IMG/VR virus record: IMGVR_UViG_3300036884_000163 | Location: 8,950 to 72,949 of that record | From: a virus | Length of the DNA stretch: 64,000 nucleotides | Direction: 5' to 3' (one strand) | Shown here: one piece after another, positions 37,781 through 47,355 of the stretch | Layout of the letters: each line of letters starts with the position of its first letter | How positions within the stretch are numbered: the stretch's first letter is position 1 | Translations under genes and position numbers: made by a program | Notes under the pieces: generated by a model | What the model was told of the DNA's origin: nothing | Database searches by the model: none | What the model saw: the letters and a program-made list of their open reading frames with translations, nothing else

Positions 37781-38355
37781 TTCACCTCGTACTGCTTGCC
37801 GAAGACTCCTGCTTTCGAATTGAAATCAGCCCGGAAGTGCTTTGCAGATTTCAGATTGTTAAACAGAGCCTTAACTTCGTCATGGCCGGTGACCTTACCC
37901 TGGACGACTGGGAGCAACGCGAGTAGGGAAGTAAGCTCGGCAGCAACGGCGTCAAACACGGCGACAATCTTTACCTGCGTGCCGGCGTCGGTAACGTGCA
38001 ATTCTGGCAGTAGGGCCGCCAGGTTGGTATTGATGACACCAATCAGGGTCTGGATCTCGACCAGGATGCCAGGTTTGGCGCCCGCAGCGGCGGCATTGTA
38101 CTGATCGATCAGCCCCTTGACAGTGAGTAAATCGGCTTGCGCCGCGGTTGACCATGCCTGTATCGCTGTCAGGGCTGTGGGCGGTATACCAAGACCGAAG
38201 GCTGCCAGGATGGCTAGCGCCGAGGTAATGGCTGGTCCCAGCAAAATGATGATGTTGGAGGCTTCCGTGGTCCATGCGGTTGTGCAGGCCGTCGCGAACA
38301 AAAGCAAGTTGAGCAGAGCGAACAACAAAAAGAATCTGACAGCAAAGCGTTTCAT
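37777..38355 (-). CDS. putative lipoprotein in the lysis region
   Basis: AAGGAGG RBS; MKRFAVRFFLLFALLNLLLFATA-C lipobox-like. Confidence 0.6.
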   Translation of the reverse strand: MKRFAVRFFLLFALLNLLLFATACTTAWTTEASNIIILLGPAITSALAILAAFGLGIPPTALTAIQAWSTAAQADLLTVKGLIDQYNAAAAGAKPGILVEIQTLIGVINTNLAALLPELHVTDAGTQVKIVAVFDAVAAELTSLLALLPVVQGKVTGHDEVKALFNNLKSAKHFRADFNSKAGVFGKQYEVK

Positions 38356-38399
38356 GAAACATCCCTCCTTGGGATTGGTAATGAAAAGGCAGGTTGTAG

Positions 38400-38906
38400 T
38401 TAAGGATTTGGAAAGTACGGAGCGTGCCAGTCCATTACTTCCCAGCATTGAACGTCTTTCCCGTCCCACAGCCACACGTCGTTGCCGTTCAAGTCGTGGG
38501 TATGAATTTGCTGCGTGCCATCCTTGAAAGTAATTTGGAGGTAAGGCCAGGGCGACTTCAGACCATCCCAAAATCCGGGTTGACCGTTGAAATTGAGCTT
38601 CAGCTCTTGCGCCTGCACTTTGTTGAACCACCTGATGCAGTTGTTTACGTGCCTCGCGTCGTCCGGCATGAGCGGAAAGAAGATTTTCATGTCGAGCGGT
38701 TGACCGCCGCGGTCCATGTCCATAACGTGATACTCGACGCCAATCTGCGGGATGGTAAGCGGCGTCCCCGCAGGATCGGGATTGACGACTTGAAATGTCG
38801 AGAATTGGACTGTATCCACGTTTCCGGTCACGGTGAGCAGAACGCCTTGAGCGGCGCACGCGACAGAGCCTGCAAAGAGCAAGATGCTTAGAATTGCATG
38901 TTTCAT
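38400..38906 (-). CDS. exported hypothetical protein
   Basis: MKHAILSILLFAGSVACAA-Q signal peptide. Confidence 0.55.
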   Translation of the reverse strand: MKHAILSILLFAGSVACAAQGVLLTVTGNVDTVQFSTFQVVNPDPAGTPLTIPQIGVEYHVMDMDRGGQPLDMKIFFPLMPDDARHVNNCIRWFNKVQAQELKLNFNGQPGFWDGLKSPWPYLQITFKDGTQQIHTHDLNGNDVWLWDGKDVQCWEVMDWHAPYFPNP

Positions 38907-39427
38907 GTTGTAGATCCTGTGTCAAACAATCCGGCTTCGATCCAGAGGCAACTCATCCCGGCGTTCAAGAATACAGACCGCGCCTCGTCATTGGGCGAAA
39001 CTGGGAACGTGCCCGTGAGCTGAAAGTGGGGGTCATCTTTCGGGCAGTGAACGAATTCATCTCCCGAGTACATCCCTAGACTCTCGCCGAGGGCAATGAT
39101 GCGCCGCCACACCGGACCCCAGATCGGATCATCCAGCTTCCACTCCGGTTTCCCCTGCGCGTCGAACGGCGCTACGTCCACGGCCATCCCGAAGTTGTGC
39201 CAAGAATGACCTGGCGGTGCGTTGGTCACGATCTTCAATGGATCAATAACCTTCCCGGTTTGGTCTCGGCCTTGAAGCCATATTTTTTGCTGGTCGTTCC
39301 AAGAGGCCAACCCACGGGTGACTCGTATGTCGATCCCCTCGTCCGCAAGCAGCGTAGCCTCTGCGCGAATCTTTCTCGCCAGCTGCGGATTCACGAGAGA
39401 TAGCCGAGTTTCGGAAGAGGGGTCCAT
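38903..39427 (-). CDS. endolysin, M15-family L-Ala-D-Glu peptidase
   Basis: VTNAPPGHSWHNFGMAVD (SxHxxGxAxD) and DDPHFQL. Confidence 0.9.
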   Translation of the reverse strand: MDPSSETRLSLVNPQLARKIRAEATLLADEGIDIRVTRGLASWNDQQKIWLQGRDQTGKVIDPLKIVTNAPPGHSWHNFGMAVDVAPFDAQGKPEWKLDDPIWGPVWRRIIALGESLGMYSGDEFVHCPKDDPHFQLTGTFPVSPNDEARSVFLNAGMSCLWIEAGLFDTGSTT

Positions 39428-39726
39428 TACCAAAACCAGCAAACCAGTGCCACCGCAACAACCGCGACGCCTGCACACAGCGACCACCATGGGAAGCCTA
39501 CCTCGGGAAGACGTTTCGGCCCGGCGCTGTAGTCATTGAACTCCGATTCGAGCGGATCCGGAGGTACCGTACAGACTTGGGGATTAATGGAGGCAACGGT
39601 AGCCGCATAGAGCAGGGGATTGATGGAGGCAACGGGGACCGTTTGACAAGTTCTCGCTTGTCTCGATCTGATTGGCGTGACTTTCGCCACCTTCGCCTTC
39701 GCTTTTTTCTTCGCGTTTTTCTTCAT
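39427..39726 (-). CDS. membrane-anchored basic protein
   Basis: Lys-rich N-terminus, C-terminal TM; coupled to the endolysin. Confidence 0.5.
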   Translation of the reverse strand: MKKNAKKKAKAKVAKVTPIRSRQARTCQTVPVASINPLLYAATVASINPQVCTVPPDPLESEFNDYSAGPKRLPEVGFPWWSLCAGVAVVAVALVCWFW

Positions 39727-39729
39727 GTG

Positions 39730-40077
39730 TTACTTTCCCGCCGCCTCTACATTCGCGGCTTTTACCTCAACCTTGGCGGCTTCGACCAGCGCCGTGGCAT
39801 TGGGAATTCCCAGTGCCGTAGCCTGAGAAGCTGAAATTGTTTCGCCCTTAGCCAGCACTTGCGCCGGGCTGGAGTGGGTGTTGAAAGCCTTCGCGACAAT
39901 GCCCAGTCCAATCAGGCCAGTCGCCCCGATGATCAGCAATCCATGCGTCCATGCGGAAGGCAGAGTGAGTCCCAGGGCCGCGCAGGATTGCGTGACTAAT
40001 ACTGGGCCCCCAGCCAAGATGCCGAAGATTGTCGTTAAGTAACCTTGCAGAATTGTCGCACTCCAGAAAGATTTCAT
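39730..40077 (-). CDS. holin-like two-TM protein
   Basis: TTIFGILAG...IGLGIVAK; upstream of the endolysin; AAGGAG RBS. Confidence 0.55.
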   Translation of the reverse strand: MKSFWSATILQGYLTTIFGILAGGPVLVTQSCAALGLTLPSAWTHGLLIIGATGLIGLGIVAKAFNTHSSPAQVLAKGETISASQATALGIPNATALVEAAKVEVKAANVEAAGK

Positions 40078-40089
40078 TTTCGGACTCCT

Positions 40090-40431
40090 TTACTTTCCCG
40101 CGTGCACGATCATGCTCGCTGCCCGGTTCCGGGCATCCCGCTGTTCCGTTTCAATGCGTCTGTGATCTTCAATATTAGCGGCGGCCATCGCTTGCAACGA
40201 AGCGCTGATTTTTGTGAGTTCCTCTAATTGCCGATCGCGCTGGGCATCGTCTTCAGCCTGCTTTAATTTCCATGCTCCAGTCGATGCCACCAGGTCGAGC
40301 ACGGTACGCGCGCGCATTATCGAGTTCCGGTTTTGGCTGCTCAACCAGAGCACAGCTGCCGTAACATAGCCGACTAACATGACGATGCTTGGCCCCCACT
40401 CGTGAACCAAACCGTAGCTTAGAATCTGCAT
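40090..40431 (-). CDS. TM plus coiled-coil protein (lysis-associated)
   Basis: N-terminal TM then coiled coil. Confidence 0.5.
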   Translation of the reverse strand: MQILSYGLVHEWGPSIVMLVGYVTAAVLWLSSQNRNSIMRARTVLDLVASTGAWKLKQAEDDAQRDRQLEELTKISASLQAMAAANIEDHRRIETEQRDARNRAASMIVHAGK

Positions 40432-40503
40432 TGATGTCAGTTCCCTCTCGTAGTTGATGACTGATTTGGCATCGCGAACAGCAGCTTCACGGTTAGCTTC
40501 TTC

Positions 40504-40938
40504 TTACCAGTGCGGACTTTCGGCAGGGGCGCATTCAAACATCAGCGGCATAGTGGATGGATGAAGAGAAAACGTAGCCTTGGAATCTTCGTAACAGCGG
40601 CGGCACTTGCCGTCGATCAGCGACGGAAACACGCATGCTCTAGTCGAGCAGCGGCCTTCGAGGGCGCGGCTTAGCAAGCGGCCGTCCTCTGCTGTACGTT
40701 CTTGTTCTGAGAGGATGTAGGGGCCTTTGCTGCTGCCTCGGGTGGGCCAGCCGACGTGATACCGAATTCCAGCCGCGATTAAGGCCTTACTGACGCAGGT
40801 ACTACTGACGCCGACCCTCGCGGCAATCTCATACTGGGGCTTGTGCTGCTTGCCCATGGCAAGCACGATCTCCCGCACGTTGGCGGTGAGTTTTATTTTA
40901 TGTGGCATTTTGGGAATGGCTACGCAGGAATCACCCAA
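40504..40938 (-). CDS. HTH DNA-binding protein with Cys-rich C-terminus
   Basis: QYEIAARVGVSSTCVSKAL; C..C...CRRC. Confidence 0.55.
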   Translation of the reverse strand: MGDSCVAIPKMPHKIKLTANVREIVLAMGKQHKPQYEIAARVGVSSTCVSKALIAAGIRYHVGWPTRGSSKGPYILSEQERTAEDGRLLSRALEGRCSTRACVFPSLIDGKCRRCYEDSKATFSLHPSTMPLMFECAPAESPHW

Positions 40939-40942
40939 GATC

Positions 40943-41092
40943 GCCCTCAGTTTTGGTCAGGGAAGAGGCCCCCGCTCAGCTACCGGCTGAGAACTGTCCC
41001 CGTTGCCTTGGGCAGCACCGGGGACAAGCTTTGGAAATTGTTCACAGAGTTTCCCTATTTGACCATCTATTTACTAGAGAATCAAGGAGTTG
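40943..41092 (-). promoter_or_regulatory. structured leader copy 1 with TTGATT -35 and IHF-consensus site
   Basis: Three hairpins ending in CCTGACCAAAACTGAGGGC; AATCAAGGAGTTG at 41080-41092 fits WATCAANNNNTTR. Confidence 0.55.
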
Positions 41093-41334
41093 AGACGATT
41101 TTCTTGTGGAAATCATGCACTCAATCTTCCTGCTCCGCGTGCTTCTGTGCTTCCACTGGTTTCGTCGCCCGCGTCTCAGAATGAATCGAGCACGGTCCGA
41201 CGTGGTTGGGCGGCCGTACCTGGCAGTAGGTCGAGGCTCGCTGAATGTCTTTGTATCCAGGCAGCGGGATGACTTTATTGCAGCGCATACTGTCCCTTCA
41301 GTTTGCTGTGCATACACACAGTTTTTCAGTCTTG

Positions 41335-41736
41335 CTATTTAGGTACGGCTTGCAAGTTAGATGCTGGGTTCGGAGGCAGAAACGGAATGAGAGCCTTCGC
41401 CTCGTTTGACGTTGCGCTCACACCCCCAGGGCCAGTTGCCGCAACCACGTAGTAATAAGTGGCTCCCTCAGTCAGTACGTTTCCAGTTCCCGATGTGTCC
41501 ACGTAGGTGAACTGGGTCACCGGAGGACAGGTTGGCTGGCCAGTTCCGCCGCAGATCGTTGCATACGGGCCGCCAGTTACGGTACCGCGCTGAACGATAA
41601 AGCCAGTCGCCTGACCTCCGTTGCCTTGAGTCCACGTCCATGATAACGTAACGGTGTGTTGAGCAAGCGCGAAGGTAGGGCTTGCGATGAACAAAACGGT
41701 GATAAACAAAACGGTGAATAACAGTAGTTGTTTCAT
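41335..41736 (-). CDS. signal-peptide-bearing FN3 domain protein
   Basis: MKQLLLF...PTFALA-Q; VTLSW...YYYVVAA...S..SNE FN3 pattern. Confidence 0.8.
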   Translation of the reverse strand: MKQLLLFTVLFITVLFIASPTFALAQHTVTLSWTWTQGNGGQATGFIVQRGTVTGGPYATICGGTGQPTCPPVTQFTYVDTSGTGNVLTEGATYYYVVAATGPGGVSATSNEAKALIPFLPPNPASNLQAVPK

Positions 41737-42014
41737 AATCTCCTTGATTTGCCAGCACCATAACTTGGACCCGTAATGATGCAATCGCAGCAATCATCAC
41801 TACCATTCTCACAGAGTGGCTCCACGAGCGGCATGAAGTCCTGGGGATGGCGGGTGACAATGGGCAGGGCCACGCACCATCCTACATCTTCAATCTGTAT
41901 GGTTAGATCGCAAGGTTTCAACTCGCCATCAAGAGCAGGTCCGCCTTCTACTCCTACCGGCTGATCCTGCCCCCATGCCATCGTTGCCAGCAAAAGTACC
42001 AACGCGTATTTCAT
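41733..42014 (-). CDS. small Cys-rich exported protein
   Basis: MKYALVLLLATMAWG-Q; GAGGAG RBS. Confidence 0.55.
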   Translation of the reverse strand: MKYALVLLLATMAWGQDQPVGVEGGPALDGELKPCDLTIQIEDVGWCVALPIVTRHPQDFMPLVEPLCENGSDDCCDCIITGPSYGAGKSRRL

Positions 42015-42027
42015 TTATCTCCTCGGT

Positions 42028-45000
42028 TTAGTGGTCCGGGTAAGGACCATGAGTTCCACAGTATGCTCCAGCTGGGCATACATAGCCGTTTTGTGTCATC
42101 GCAGTGTTCATTTGGGTTGTATCGACTCCCTGCGTTTTGTATATGCTTGTTGCGTCATAAGCAAGGTTTGAGAGTGTGAGATTATTCGCCCAAGGTAACG
42201 CCATCAGTGGGCAATTAAACGGGGCATTCCCATTAGGGCACGCGCCTGTGGGGTAGGTAACTGTAGGACTGCTACCCATAAACCCGGAGTACCCAAGACA
42301 GGTTCCGTCTGCTGTCGAAGTCGCGCAGTTAACCGTAGTCGGAAAGTGGTTGGTGCAGTCAGTGACTCCAGCGGGACAACCTACCACACTCCAATTACTC
42401 CCCGTACCTTGGTTCTCTAAAACATTACGATAGAACTGGAAGCTCGCTAGATCCCATGATTGAAATGCAGTCGTTCCTTCGCCCGCCGGAGCCGTGCTAT
42501 AAACATCCGAACTGGCTCCCGTGTCGGTAGTCGCGAAAACATTGTCATGGAAGAAGTTGGAAATCGGCGAGTGCCATGCGCCGAAATTGGTAATTGCGAA
42601 GTTGTTTGGAGAAAGAAACGTGTTGTGCTGGAGTGTTATAAAACGTCCTAATCCGGCACCATTATTGACAAGGCAGTTAGTTATTCCCGGTGCAGGCGCT
42701 GATGTTAAATTGTACTTGACAATCAATCCAATCGTCGCGGTTTCACCAATCGCATAGTTAGCCGTAGTTGATCCCGTCGCATAACCGTTGTCGGCGCAGG
42801 TAGTGTCTCCACCACCTATGTTATGCGCATAAACTCCATCACCGCCGGCAATGGCAATCATCTTCCCCGCCAGCGAGGCAAACGTGAGCGTGCCAGAACC
42901 GATTGCTGTATTACAGGCGGCAAGAGTGCTGCAAACCGTTCCTGGGGTTGATGCTGGGTCGTTGTAAACGATTGTTTGCCCTCCCGTGCCGTCGCTATAG
43001 CCTGCCCATTGTCCACTGGTCCCAGTCATGGCGAACGAACCGGCAGACAGTGCACCGGTATTTGGGCTAGTTCCTACGATGCTACTACCGACTATGATCG
43101 GACACGTCGTCCACGAAGCGCCGCTCGTAATACAAGTGCCAGCCGCAGAAGTGGAGAGTGTCGGGTCAAGACGGATACTGGCGTGCAAGATGGTAACGTT
43201 GTGACTGCTATCGACGGTAATACTCTGGATGTGGGCGGGACTCTTAATGTCGGTCTGGAAGGGGGAACAGTTCGCCGTTACCGTGTATAGGCTGGGCGAG
43301 ACGGTGACGTAGGACATGGCGCAGGTATAGTTATTCCCGTTGCCAGAAGTCCACTGCCACATATGACCGGGCGTGTTGAACTGGTTAGTATCCCCAATAT
43401 TGGTGAACAGGTTGTTGATGAAGTCGTTATGCCCCACGGGCAACGTGGTGCCACCGCCGTTTCCAGTGTTCATGTCGCCACGCCCAATCATCTGCACTGG
43501 ATTCGGAGCATTGCGTATCCAGTTGTTGCTTAATCGCACATTATCAAGGTAAGAGGCAGGTCGTCCTGTAGCCGGATCGAATACTCCTGCCGCTTGTCCG
43601 CCAGAAGTGGCTTCAACAAGCAGTAGGACGGCGAATCCACTCTGCCCGTCCGACCATGTATTTTCTATGATATTTCCATCCACCAAATTACGGTGCCCCT
43701 CTTTCGCCTCAAAACTATTCTTGACGGACCACGGGAAAGGACAAGTGTTATGCGATGCGTACTTGCTTTCGAACGTTCCGCATCCCCAAGGAGGAGCTGG
43801 ACTGTTAGCTGCACCGCCTGTAAGGAGACGCCAATTCAGGTCTCGGCCAAGATAGTTTTTACGGATTTCGTTATCCGACCCCGGTCCGCCATTTTGATCT
43901 GCTGGAGCGCCTCCAGAGAAAAGAGTTTCCGACCCTCCCTCCATCCAGTTGTTCACAATCTTCGTTGGTCCGTTATCGAAGCCGTAGGTGGCAGCCTTTG
44001 TTTCACTAGACCAATGATGAATCTTTTCAATATAACCATTCATTAGCCAGCCATTGTCGATGTTGAACGTAACGCCGGCAGATGAATCGTCTCCGCAGCC
44101 GGGGGTATAGTTTGACGGTGGATTGATTTGAAGATATTGGACCCCTGTTTGCGTTCCTGGTTGGCCGTTGATCGTCAGGACTGTGTTTGAGGTCGTCGGA
44201 TCGAAATCGGAAATCGTGTAGTTGGCTCCGCCGCTGATCGAGCCTCCGGCTCCTGAGGGAAGATTAGACATCGTGCCGCCGATGTTGATTGTCGAAACGG
44301 GACTGACGGTGAACGTGGGGCCGAAAAACGTATTGCCGAACGCGAGGGTGGGAACCGTGCTCGTAAGCGTGACCGAACCATGCGTGCCGTCAGTGTTCGC
44401 CGTAGTGACCGTTCCGGAGTTGTACCATGATAAACAATTTCCGGTCGCATCCACGCTAGATCCAGTCGTTGGTTGGCCAGAATCGCCGGGATCCCATCCA
44501 TGTACGTAGAAGCGGTCGAGTCCAACATAGTTCACCGACAAAGGTGACGCGGGTCGCGTAGCAAGAGGGTTACTTTGTCCGTGGAACAAAACGGGAACAG
44601 TAGAACCGTTCTTGCTTGGAGCCGCCCCTGGCTTCGTTGTGATCTCCACGTCGCGGATGACAATGTGATTGGTAACGTTGGTGGACGTGACCGGATCTAC
44701 GCTCGCCTCAATGCCCGTGTCACCAGTAGCAGGAACAACATCAAGCATCACCGTCCACATGCTCGCTTTGTCGTTGGGAAGCACTCCAGGATTTGTGTGT
44801 CCATCGCATCCGGGGTTACGCGCGCCACCAAAACCTGGAAGTCCGCGACCGCAGGCCATCACGCCAGCAGTGAGAGGAGTTGTTGATTCGAGCGTTAGGC
44901 ATTGCGTGGGTTCTACGCCAGTGCTGGGGTTAGCTTTGCCAGGAAGGCTGATGCAATTACCGTTGTGCACCCCTGCAAAGTCGGATGACGTACAGTGCAA

Positions 45001-46662
45001 CACGGTTCCGGATGGAATCTTGATACGCCACGATTTGTCCAAGTAACCGCCCCCAATGGTGTTTCCACCATTGTCACGCCAGTTATAGCAGGCGTCGAGT
45101 AATCCAGCGGGCGTGAGAGCATAAGCCGCGCCAAGGGCTTCGCCTGCAACGTTTGGCCCATTGTTGACCGACGTTCCAAGAGTCAGGTCAACGTAGTAAG
45201 TTCCCCCAGGCGGATTGCAGACGGTATCGTCTACCCATTTGATTGGGAGCGCAGCGCAAGCGAGCGGGATCCCAAAGCAATCGCCCGAAGAAGGGGGAGG
45301 AGCAGGGCTGCCTACAACCGCTACTAAGTTAATGCCTCCGCTACCCGAAACTGCCGCGAAGCGACCTACTCTTGTGCGTCCAGGGTTTGGCGCGACCTGG
45401 CCGGTGCCGGTAAGGCTAACGGTCTGAGTGCTGCCCCCAACGCCCCCGGAATCGTCCGTCACGGTCAAGGTTCCGGTGCGCGTTCCTGTGGTAGTCGGAG
45501 TGAAGGTCACTGAGATTGTGCAAGAAGGATTAAGGCCTCCTGTCCCGGATAACACACTAGGACAAGTATTCGTCTGGGCAAAGTCACCTGTGATCGAAAT
45601 GGAAGCGATATTCAAATTTGTCGTGCCGCCGTTTGTCAATGTAACCGTTTGACTGAAACTGGTGGTCCCGGTTTGCTGCGCAGCGTAAGTTAATGTATTA
45701 GGTGAAATCGTCGCATAAGAAGTAGTGATTACATATGCAGCGGACGCGACCGCAGAATCTGCAAGGCTGGCGGTCCCAGCCACGGCGTAGAGCGTTTCAC
45801 TTACGTTTACAGTTACGCTTCCTCCGTTTGCAAGCGGTGTGCCCGTTGTGCAATTGATACCGTCCCCAGTGGTCTGCGGATTGGACATTAGGCCATAGCA
45901 AATCAAAGCACCCGTTGTTGAGCTGGTAATCGCAACGCTCAGAGCGCTGGAGGACGTGCCTCCGCCCGGATAAAATGTCGGCGTAGCGGCATTGGAGATT
46001 TCCGTAAAAGCAATCGCGCTCAGGGCGGCTTGCGCGGTGTCCTGCGTCCATGCCGGCGCCGTGCCGCTCGACGTGTTGATGCTCGTGGCAAATCCTGAAT
46101 TGCCGCTGAAATCTTGGTATGTGCTGTAGGGAGACGATACGGCGGTAGGAATACTCCCCCAGATAATTTGATAGATCGCATCGCTCGATCCCGCCAATGT
46201 CAACGTGACTCCGGCGGGACTCGTCGTGTTCGTGGTCTGAGCCCTGGTTGCCGGACTTCCTGTATCCACTATGGCAGAGACGCCAGTGAAAGAAAGTTCC
46301 GTAGCCTCCACCCTCCATGCGAATGTAGTGGTGTCAGTTCGTGTCACCGTGATCGTTGTGGCTCCGCTCGTGCTCGATAGGGTGTAAGCGCAATCCGAAC
46401 CATTGGTTGTGCTCTGGACGCCATAGCAACCGGCGGGGTGAGTGTAAGTGCCTCCGCCGCTGACGCTGACAATCTGTTCCGCGTTGCTTAAAATGCCGAA
46501 CCCTATAACAATGACGTGACCCGATCCTGTACTCGCTACGGTTATGTCGCACGTCGCAGAGGTCGTGACGCAGGTGCCAGAGACAGCATGTTGCACCACG
46601 GCCCACGAGGCCCACGCGGGCGAGCCTATCAGCAGTATCAGCGAAAGTAGAAGTCGTCTCAT
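42028..46662 (-). CDS. giant exported protein: Ig-like domains plus right-handed beta-helix (depolymerase-like)
   Basis: MRRLLLSLILLIGSPAWA; AATPTF.PGGG chitobiase-C-like domain; VTLTNGG..DFAQTNTC..VTFTPT ASH-like domain; KIVNNWMEG, KNSFEAK, DGNIIENTW beta-helix repeats. Confidence 0.75.
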   Translation of the reverse strand: MRRLLLSLILLIGSPAWASWAVVQHAVSGTCVTTSATCDITVASTGSGHVIVIGFGILSNAEQIVSVSGGGTYTHPAGCYGVQSTTNGSDCAYTLSSTSGATTITVTRTDTTTFAWRVEATELSFTGVSAIVDTGSPATRAQTTNTTSPAGVTLTLAGSSDAIYQIIWGSIPTAVSSPYSTYQDFSGNSGFATSINTSSGTAPAWTQDTAQAALSAIAFTEISNAATPTFYPGGGTSSSALSVAITSSTTGALICYGLMSNPQTTGDGINCTTGTPLANGGSVTVNVSETLYAVAGTASLADSAVASAAYVITTSYATISPNTLTYAAQQTGTTSFSQTVTLTNGGTTNLNIASISITGDFAQTNTCPSVLSGTGGLNPSCTISVTFTPTTTGTRTGTLTVTDDSGGVGGSTQTVSLTGTGQVAPNPGRTRVGRFAAVSGSGGINLVAVVGSPAPPPSSGDCFGIPLACAALPIKWVDDTVCNPPGGTYYVDLTLGTSVNNGPNVAGEALGAAYALTPAGLLDACYNWRDNGGNTIGGGYLDKSWRIKIPSGTVLHCTSSDFAGVHNGNCISLPGKANPSTGVEPTQCLTLESTTPLTAGVMACGRGLPGFGGARNPGCDGHTNPGVLPNDKASMWTVMLDVVPATGDTGIEASVDPVTSTNVTNHIVIRDVEITTKPGAAPSKNGSTVPVLFHGQSNPLATRPASPLSVNYVGLDRFYVHGWDPGDSGQPTTGSSVDATGNCLSWYNSGTVTTANTDGTHGSVTLTSTVPTLAFGNTFFGPTFTVSPVSTINIGGTMSNLPSGAGGSISGGANYTISDFDPTTSNTVLTINGQPGTQTGVQYLQINPPSNYTPGCGDDSSAGVTFNIDNGWLMNGYIEKIHHWSSETKAATYGFDNGPTKIVNNWMEGGSETLFSGGAPADQNGGPGSDNEIRKNYLGRDLNWRLLTGGAANSPAPPWGCGTFESKYASHNTCPFPWSVKNSFEAKEGHRNLVDGNIIENTWSDGQSGFAVLLLVEATSGGQAAGVFDPATGRPASYLDNVRLSNNWIRNAPNPVQMIGRGDMNTGNGGGTTLPVGHNDFINNLFTNIGDTNQFNTPGHMWQWTSGNGNNYTCAMSYVTVSPSLYTVTANCSPFQTDIKSPAHIQSITVDSSHNVTILHASIRLDPTLSTSAAGTCITSGASWTTCPIIVGSSIVGTSPNTGALSAGSFAMTGTSGQWAGYSDGTGGQTIVYNDPASTPGTVCSTLAACNTAIGSGTLTFASLAGKMIAIAGGDGVYAHNIGGGDTTCADNGYATGSTTANYAIGETATIGLIVKYNLTSAPAPGITNCLVNNGAGLGRFITLQHNTFLSPNNFAITNFGAWHSPISNFFHDNVFATTDTGASSDVYSTAPAGEGTTAFQSWDLASFQFYRNVLENQGTGSNWSVVGCPAGVTDCTNHFPTTVNCATSTADGTCLGYSGFMGSSPTVTYPTGACPNGNAPFNCPLMALPWANNLTLSNLAYDATSIYKTQGVDTTQMNTAMTQNGYVCPAGAYCGTHGPYPDH

Positions 46663-47354
46663 TATGGTTTCAACTCGATTGCGGCCGCTTTCCAAACGCC
46701 AGTAGTTTGAGTCGCCGTACAATCTATCGTGGCCGGCGAAGCGGACGTGTTATCGACGAGCACTCCGTTATTTGCGGTAGTGGTCACCGCCTGACGTGGA
46801 GTTCCAACCGTCACCGTCATTACGTGGGTCGCACCGTCACCCAGTCCGCAGACTATGTAATCGTTGCTATAGGATGTAGCCACGGCAATATCCGCCGTCG
46901 TGCTACTTCCATTGTTGACGCTTCCCGAACCCACCACGGCAGTAACCCCGGAATACCCTTCTTCCACTACAAAGCCGGTTCTCGCCGTAGTCCAGGATAA
47001 GATATAACTCGTGACTCCAGAAGGAACCGATGCTTGATAGAGGGACGCAAGAGGAGAGACTGCCGGACCCACGCTTAGAGCATTGCTCAGATTATCGACC
47101 CCACTCAGCGCGGTTATTGAGCTGCTGGTGTAAAGATAGATAATCGAAGTGCTTCCAGTGGCAGGCGACGGAGAGGGTGTGACTGTTACTGTTGAGTTTG
47201 AGGTAAACGTGGCCGCATATCCGTTGATCGCAGGCGTGATTGTTCCACCACCGCCCGCCACCGGTGGTTTAGAACCCACCACGCTTAGCCACTGAAAGCC
47301 AGATCCAATTGCAATCAGCACTGCCAACGAAATGATGATTCCAAGTTTTCTCAT
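46662..47354 (-). CDS. exported beta-sandwich protein
   Basis: MRKLGIIISLAVLIAIGSG; domain resembles the N-terminal domain of 42028-46662. Confidence 0.65.
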   Translation of the reverse strand: MRKLGIIISLAVLIAIGSGFQWLSVVGSKPPVAGGGGTITPAINGYAATFTSNSTVTVTPSPSPATGSTSIIYLYTSSSITALSGVDNLSNALSVGPAVSPLASLYQASVPSGVTSYILSWTTARTGFVVEEGYSGVTAVVGSGSVNNGSSTTADIAVATSYSNDYIVCGLGDGATHVMTVTVGTPRQAVTTTANNGVLVDNTSASPATIDCTATQTTGVWKAAAIELKP

Positions 47355-47355
47355 G

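Noticed and set aside
37777-38925. 382-aa ORF as annotated in the track
   Set aside because: The upstream half overlaps the 38400-38906 gene; a strong RBS supports a start at 38355
41689-41720. 15-bp tandem duplication (TVLFI x2)
   Set aside because: Simple slippage within a signal peptide
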